Origin: Pseudomonadota bacterium
Lineage (GTDB): Bacteria > Pseudomonadota > Gammaproteobacteria > Acidiferrobacterales > UBA6901
DNA length: 64,000 nt
Reading direction: 5' to 3'
Assembly (NCBI GenBank): GCA_021785515.1
Contig: JAJYEX010000006.1
Span: 32,887 to 96,886 of the forward strand
Below the pieces are notes generated by a model that searched no databases, was not told where the DNA came from, and saw only the letters and a list, made by a program, of their open reading frames with translations. Position 1 is the first letter of the stretch. Each line of letters opens with the position of its first letter. The position numbers and the translations under genes are program-made. Positions 58,997-64,000 of the stretch are shown one piece after another.

Positions 58997-59512
58997 ATGC
59001 AGCTTCCGCAACCCGCACCCGGCTTTGATCAGCCGGTCGACATGCTTCTGGCCTGCCACGCGCGCATTCTGCGGCAATGCGATACGCTGATGCGCCTGGC
59101 CGAGCACCTTGGAACCAAGGGCAAAACAGCCGAGGCGCGCACGGCAGCGCAGCAGGTATACCGGTACTTTTCCACGTCCGGCAGATACCATCACGAAGAC
59201 GAGGAACAGGGCCTGTTTCCAGCATTGCTTGCCTGCCGCCCGGAACTGGCCGTCGCGATAAGCGAGCTCGCGCACGATCACCGCGAGATGAGCCACCGCT
59301 GGGCACAGCTGGAACCGAGCCTGCTAGACATCGGATCGGTGTTTGACACAGCCGCGTTTTCCCGGGATGTACTGGATTTCCGGACGATCTATGCCGCCCA
59401 CATCGAGCGTGAAAATACCGAGATCCTGCCAATAGCCAGGCAGGCGCTGTCAGCAGGCCAGTTCGAAAAACTGGGTCAAGAGATGGCTCGTCGCCGCGGC
59501 GTCAACCTGTGA
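58997..59512 (+). CDS. Hemerythrin (HHE cation-binding) domain protein
   Basis: 171 aa. His/Glu ligand pattern: LLACHARI, YHHEDEEQGLFP, AHDHREM, AHIERENTEILP. Confidence 0.8.
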   Translation: MQLPQPAPGFDQPVDMLLACHARILRQCDTLMRLAEHLGTKGKTAEARTAAQQVYRYFSTSGRYHHEDEEQGLFPALLACRPELAVAISELAHDHREMSHRWAQLEPSLLDIGSVFDTAAFSRDVLDFRTIYAAHIERENTEILPIARQALSAGQFEKLGQEMARRRGVNL

Positions 59513-60770
59513 GCAACGGATCGAGCAGCGCGAGCGTACGCTGAAGCGCTCCCCGGTTCTCCTCCACGACCATTCGGCCGGACTCACCGGCATTGAACCG
59601 CAATTCGGCGTTTGCCAGGTAGCCGGCTACCACCACGCCCAGCTCGCCACTGTCGCGCACCCGCTTTCCGGCACCGCGTTCCGCAACCAGGCGGGCGATC
59701 TCCGTGAAATTGAACATGTGCGGTCCAAACACGACGGGGACGCCAGCCGCCGCGGGCTCAAGCAGATTATGCCCGCCGGTCGGCACCAGGCTTCCGCCGA
59801 CGAAGGCCACATCGGAGGCTGCGTACAGAAGCGGCAGCTCCCCCATGGTATCGCCGACCAGGATGTCGACATCCGCCGTAAGCCCAGCCTGCGATTCGCT
59901 GCGCAATGCGGTCACCAGGCCGGTGCGGCGGCAGAGGCGAATCACCTGGGTGAACCGCTCGGGGTGGCGTGGTACCAGTACCAGCACCAGCGTCGGAAAA
60001 CGTTCGCGCAACCGCCGGAACTGCTCCAGCACCAGCTCATCTTCTCCCTCTCGCGTGCTGGCTGCAATCCAGACGGGGCGCTGGGCACCCCACTGCCGGC
60101 GCAGAACATCGGCCTGTTCGCGCAAACTGGCCAGCGGACTTATCTCAAACTTCATGCTGCCCGTGACGTGGATATTCCGGGGATCGGCGCCCAGCATTCG
60201 CAGACGTGCGGCGTCGTCCTCGGATTGGGCGGCAAACATACTGGCCCTGGAGAGCGTTGCCCGCGTAAACGCGGCGAAGTGCAGGTAGCGGCGCATGGAT
60301 TTTTCCGACATGCGCACGTTGGCAACGACAATGGGAATCTGACGCTCCGCACAGGCATGGAAGAGGTTCGGCCACAACTCCGTTTCCATGATCAGGGCGA
60401 TCCGCGGTCGCGTGCGCCCCAGAAAGCGGGCCACTGCCGATGGCAGGTCATAAGGCAGATAGCAGTGCGCAACGCGGCCCGCAAAAAGCTCCCGCACCTG
60501 GGCCGAACCCGTGGGGGTCATGGTCGTTACCAGAATATTCTGGCCCGGGCAGCGTTGCTCGAGCGCGGCGATCAACGGGACCGCGGCACGCACTTCGCCA
60601 ACCGATACCGCGTGCACCCATAACGCCCCTGCGGGCATGCGCGCCACAAATCCAAACCGTTCGTTCCACCGGCACCAATAGCCGCGGTTGCGTATGCCCC
60701 GCACCAGCAACCGCACTATGGCTGCGGGAATCAGCAGGTAGAGCAGCAGCGAGTAGATTTTTTTTGTCAC
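59502..60770 (-). CDS. waaA: 3-deoxy-D-manno-octulosonic acid (Kdo) transferase
   Basis: (V)TKKIYSLLLYLLIPAAIVRLLVRGIRNRGYWCRWNERFGF parallels the E. coli WaaA N-terminus, and HAVSVGEV is present. The start is the GTG at 60770, preferred over the ATG at 60824. Confidence 0.9.
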   Translation of the reverse strand: MTKKIYSLLLYLLIPAAIVRLLVRGIRNRGYWCRWNERFGFVARMPAGALWVHAVSVGEVRAAVPLIAALEQRCPGQNILVTTMTPTGSAQVRELFAGRVAHCYLPYDLPSAVARFLGRTRPRIALIMETELWPNLFHACAERQIPIVVANVRMSEKSMRRYLHFAAFTRATLSRASMFAAQSEDDAARLRMLGADPRNIHVTGSMKFEISPLASLREQADVLRRQWGAQRPVWIAASTREGEDELVLEQFRRLRERFPTLVLVLVPRHPERFTQVIRLCRRTGLVTALRSESQAGLTADVDILVGDTMGELPLLYAASDVAFVGGSLVPTGGHNLLEPAAAGVPVVFGPHMFNFTEIARLVAERGAGKRVRDSGELGVVVAGYLANAELRFNAGESGRMVVEENRGALQRTLALLDPLLTG

Positions 60771-60867
60771 GGTGGTCCGATACGGGAATGGGGGCAGGAT
60801 CCGGCGCCGATGGCGCACGGCCAAGGGCTGACGGGGTCGGCCACTGGTGCCCGCAGCCGGGTACCCG

Positions 60868-61101
60868 TCATCCCTCGGTTTTCAGCACATACACTGCGCC
60901 ACAGTAGGGGCAACGGGCCTCACGGCTTTCTTCCAGCGGCAGATAGACTCGCGGGTGCGAATTCCACAAACTCATCCCTTCCATTGGGCAGTGCAGCGGC
61001 AAATCGTCCTCCGTTACTTCGTACCGGTTCTGAGCATTGGCCTGGATTTCCCTGGTCTTCGGTACCTGTCGCAAAACACCCGTGTCACGCAGCTCCACCA
61101 T
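60868..61101 (-). CDS. Zinc-finger (zf-CHCC) domain protein
   Basis: LPLHCPMEG...ARCPYCGAVYVL. The start at the internal ATG avoids an overlap with ilvE. Confidence 0.7.
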   Translation of the reverse strand: MVELRDTGVLRQVPKTREIQANAQNRYEVTEDDLPLHCPMEGMSLWNSHPRVYLPLEESREARCPYCGAVYVLKTEG

Positions 61102-61112
61102 CGTCGCCTCCG

Positions 61113-62039
61113 TCAGTCGCTCACCTTTGCAAGCCACTCTGGAAACGTCGCGCGGCGGCCGTGTACCTGATCAAAATACAGCGTCTGCATTCGCTCGGTA
61201 ATGGGGCCACGGCTGCCGGCACCGATGCTACGCCCATCGAGCTCGCGGATCGGCGTGACCTCGGCGGCGGTGCCGGTGAAAAATGCCTCGTCGGCGATAT
61301 ACACCTCGTCACGCGTGATGCGCTTCTCCCGCACCGGAATACCAACCTCACCGGCCAGCTTGATGATCGTGTCACGCGTAATGCCGTCCAGAGCGGCGGT
61401 CAATTCCGGAGTAAACAGCGTTCCATCACGCACAATGAATATGTTCTCGCCGCTGCCCTCCGACACAAATCCTTCGGTATCGAGGAGCAGTGCTTCGTCG
61501 GCTCCTGAGGATAGCGCTTCGCGCAATGCAAGCATGGAATTCATGTAGTTGCCGTTGGCCTTAGCGCGGCACATGGCGATGTTCACATGATGGCGGTTAT
61601 AGGAGGAGGTGCGAACCCTTATTCCCTTCTTCTGGCCCTCATCGCCCAGGTAAGAGCCCCAGGTCCAGGCAGCCACGATGACATGCACCTTGAGGTTGTC
61701 GGCGCGCAGACCCATCCCCTCCGATCCATAAAAGCACATCGGGCGGATATAGGCAGACTCCAGGCTGTTTTCACGGACCACGGCTCGCACCGCCGAATCC
61801 AGCGTCGGCTTGTCGTATGGCATGGGCATCGCGAGGATGTGTGCCGACTGGAACAGGCGGTCAATGTGCGCCTTGAGCCGGAAAATCGCGGTTCCCCGCG
61901 CCGTCTTGTACGCGCGCACGCCCTCGAACACCCCCATGCCGTAATGGAGTGTGTGGGTCAGGACGTGGGTCGTAGCCTCGCGCCAAGGCACAAGCTTGCC
62001 GTCATACCATATGACGCCATCACGGTCAGCCATGGACAT
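61113..62039 (-). CDS. ilvE: Branched-chain amino acid aminotransferase
   Basis: 308 aa with GVFEGVRAY, EAYIRP, KANGNYMNS, GSGENIFIV. Confidence 0.95.
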   Translation of the reverse strand: MSMADRDGVIWYDGKLVPWREATTHVLTHTLHYGMGVFEGVRAYKTARGTAIFRLKAHIDRLFQSAHILAMPMPYDKPTLDSAVRAVVRENSLESAYIRPMCFYGSEGMGLRADNLKVHVIVAAWTWGSYLGDEGQKKGIRVRTSSYNRHHVNIAMCRAKANGNYMNSMLALREALSSGADEALLLDTEGFVSEGSGENIFIVRDGTLFTPELTAALDGITRDTIIKLAGEVGIPVREKRITRDEVYIADEAFFTGTAAEVTPIRELDGRSIGAGSRGPITERMQTLYFDQVHGRRATFPEWLAKVSD

Positions 62040-62085
62040 CTGCTTCTTTCTCCTTCAATCAAGCTGATACTTTTCGGACGAACAA

Positions 62086-64000
62086 TCAGCGGATACCCGG
62101 ACCCGCTTCCATCGTGGCACGCCAGATCCGTGTGACCTGTTCCGGAATGTCCCCGAGCTCTTCCGGCACAACCTGTGCTGGCTGCTCCTGCAGCTTCAGG
62201 TGATGCTCAGCCGACAAATACCTGCGGTATGCCCCGGCAAGGAACGTTGCCTCGCCGTCGCCGACCAGGCCCGCGCCGGCCAAGGCCTCCAGCAGGTGGA
62301 TATTGTCCCGGTAACCGGTGATTTCGGGAAATTCGTGTGCCCGCCACAGAACCCAGTATTGCACCATAAATTCTATGTCAAGAATACCTCCCGGGCCCTG
62401 CTTGAGATCGAACAACCGCCTGGGCAGCCCCATAGCGGCTGCGCGCATGCGTGCGCGCATATCGACAATGTCCTGGCGCAGACGATGCGGGTCGCGCTGC
62501 AGACACAGCACCTCCCTGCGAACTGCTTCGAACTTCTCCGACAGCGACACGCTACCCGTTACCGCCCTGGCCCGTATTAGGGCCTGGTGTTCCCAGGTCC
62601 ATGCGTCATGGAGCTGATAGCCCCTGAACCGATCCAGGGTTGCGACCAGTGGACCGCTTCCGCCGCTCGGACGCAGGCGCATGTCCGTCTGGTAGAGTAT
62701 TCCGGCCGGCGTGCGCGTGGTGACGATGTGGATGAGCCGCTGGCCAAGACGCGTAAAAAAGACCTCATTTGCGACCGGTCGGACCCCCTCAGTTGTTCCC
62801 TCCCCGCGGCATCCGTCATAGAGAAACACCATGTCGAGATCGGATCCATAACCCAGCTCACGGCTGCCAAGCTTGCCGTAGGCGATAATCGCAAACCCTG
62901 GACCGTCCGGCCGTTCGCCATCCGGACATCCAGGACGGCCGTGCCGGCCGATGAGATCCGCTTCGGCGAGCAGGAGCGTCTCGGCCAGCACGCAGTCCGC
63001 AATCTGCGCGAGCTGCACGCTTACCTCTTCCTCCTTCAGCCCTGCCCCTATGTCCGCCGCCGCGACGCGCAGCACATGCCCGTGATGAAATTCCCTGAGC
63101 ACCTCCATCTGCAGCTCCAGATCGGCCGGACAGGCGGCCAGACGCGCGCGGAGTTCCGCGCGCATCGGCGCCGGGTCCGGTAACGCGTAAAGGCTGGCGG
63201 GGTCTATAAGCTCATCGAGAAGTATGGGGTGCTGCGTGATCCAGTTTGCGATCCAGGCGCTGGCACCGCAAAGCTTGACCAGCTGCGTCAGCGCCATTGG
63301 GTTTTCCACGAGCAGGGAAAAATAGACGGAACGACGGGCAATGGATTCGACCAGGGTCGCAATCCGCGCCAATGTTGCGTCGGGCTCATGGCTGCGCCCG
63401 ACCGCCCCCAGCAGCCGCGGCATCAGTCGGTCGAGACGCTCGCGCCCCGTCGTAGACAACTCATCGTATTGCCCGGTCTGCCGGAGACCGTGCAGGACGT
63501 CGAGCACGGACGGCGGATCACGGAATCCTGCCCGCGCGAGCAAGTCCTCGGCAGCAGAACGGTCCACCGTCCCCAGCCATACGTCCGCGAGTTCCCGGGT
63601 CTCGGTTGTAGGCTGCGACCCCGGAGTGATGAACACGCTTTCAAAATATCCGTGCACGACGCTCATGTGGTGCGTCAGCCCGGCACGAAAATCTTCCCAG
63701 TCTGGGAAACCCATTGAAAGAGCCAAACTCAGTTGCTCCTCGGGGTCCTGCGGCAGCACATGCGCCTGACGATCCTCGGCCATCTGCAGGCGGTTTTCGG
63801 TACGCCGCAGAAACTCGTATGCAGCATCGAGCTCCGTCACGGCCTGGCTGCTGAGGTCGCCACGCCGCCCCAGGACGGACAGGATCGGGCGGATCGCACG
63901 CTGGCGCAAGGCCGCCTCGCGGCCGCCACGAACCAGCTGGAAGGCTTGTCCGATGAATTCGATCTCCCTGATTCCTCCGGGACCGAGCTTTATGTTGTGC
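62086..64000 (-). CDS. glnE: Bifunctional glutamine synthetase adenylyltransferase / adenylyl-removing enzyme, C-terminal part (N-terminus lies beyond the right edge)
   Basis: The frame stays open upstream of the track start to the window edge (HNIKLGPGGIREIEFIGQAFQLVRGGREAAL...). A second nucleotidyltransferase repeat contains FAIIAYGKLGSRELGYGSDLDMVFLY and LKQGPGGILDIEFMVQY. Confidence 0.9.
   Translation of the reverse strand, partial: HNIKLGPGGIREIEFIGQAFQLVRGGREAALRQRAIRPILSVLGRRGDLSSQAVTELDAAYEFLRRTENRLQMAEDRQAHVLPQDPEEQLSLALSMGFPDWEDFRAGLTHHMSVVHGYFESVFITPGSQPTTETRELADVWLGTVDRSAAEDLLARAGFRDPPSVLDVLHGLRQTGQYDELSTTGRERLDRLMPRLLGAVGRSHEPDATLARIATLVESIARRSVYFSLLVENPMALTQLVKLCGASAWIANWITQHPILLDELIDPASLYALPDPAPMRAELRARLAACPADLELQMEVLREFHHGHVLRVAAADIGAGLKEEEVSVQLAQIADCVLAETLLLAEADLIGRHGRPGCPDGERPDGPGFAIIAYGKLGSRELGYGSDLDMVFLYDGCRGEGTTEGVRPVANEVFFTRLGQRLIHIVTTRTPAGILYQTDMRLRPSGGSGPLVATLDRFRGYQLHDAWTWEHQALIRARAVTGSVSLSEKFEAVRREVLCLQRDPHRLRQDIVDMRARMRAAAMGLPRRLFDLKQGPGGILDIEFMVQYWVLWRAHEFPEITGYRDNIHLLEALAGAGLVGDGEATFLAGAYRRYLSAEHHLKLQEQPAQVVPEELGDIPEQVTRIWRATMEAGPGIR

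Overview
Visibly GC-rich, densely coding bacterial chromosomal window. Gene content and micro-synteny (zapA-ssrS-ygfA, mutY-yggX, thiS-thiG-trmB, pntAA-pntAB-pntB, tamA-tamB, hldE-hldD-gmhA-gmhB, waaA, ilvE-glnE) point to a gammaproteobacterial core genome; that placement is inference. I support about 63 protein genes, 2 tRNAs (Gly-CCC, Phe-GAA), a 6S RNA, a TPP riboswitch upstream of thiC, one perfect sigma-54 promoter and one in-frame 9-bp tandem repeat. One gene, tamB, is missing from the supplied ORF track because it runs off the left edge. I saw no transposase, integrase, CRISPR array or recognisable defence or toxin-antitoxin genes. Many long ORFs in the track are antisense or alternative-frame artefacts of the high GC content and were rejected. 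Six items deserve a second look. (1) A ZraPSR-like divergent module, in which a sensor kinase plus sigma-54 activator face a TGGCAC-N5-TTGC promoter driving a 70-aa secreted His/Arg/Lys-rich mini-protein with HRRVV pseudo-repeats. (2) A B12-type radical SAM protein with a C-terminal CCAEP tail. (3) A tight three-gene envelope protease module: FN3-like lipoprotein, an S8 subtilase with a roughly 170-aa insertion before the catalytic Ser, and a free-standing copy of its own I9 prodomain. (4) A protein with (Thr-Ala-Lys)x9 encoded by a perfect 9-bp repeat and a histone-H1-like tail. (5) A shikimate-kinase-like P-loop protein next to metA. (6) A YeeE/YedE sulfur transporter paired with a DsbG-like protein rather than a TusA-like partner. 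It lies beside a gene-poor decayed zone around tRNA-Phe that contains a GST gene with an in-frame amber codon. All functional calls come from reading motifs by eye. No database search was run.
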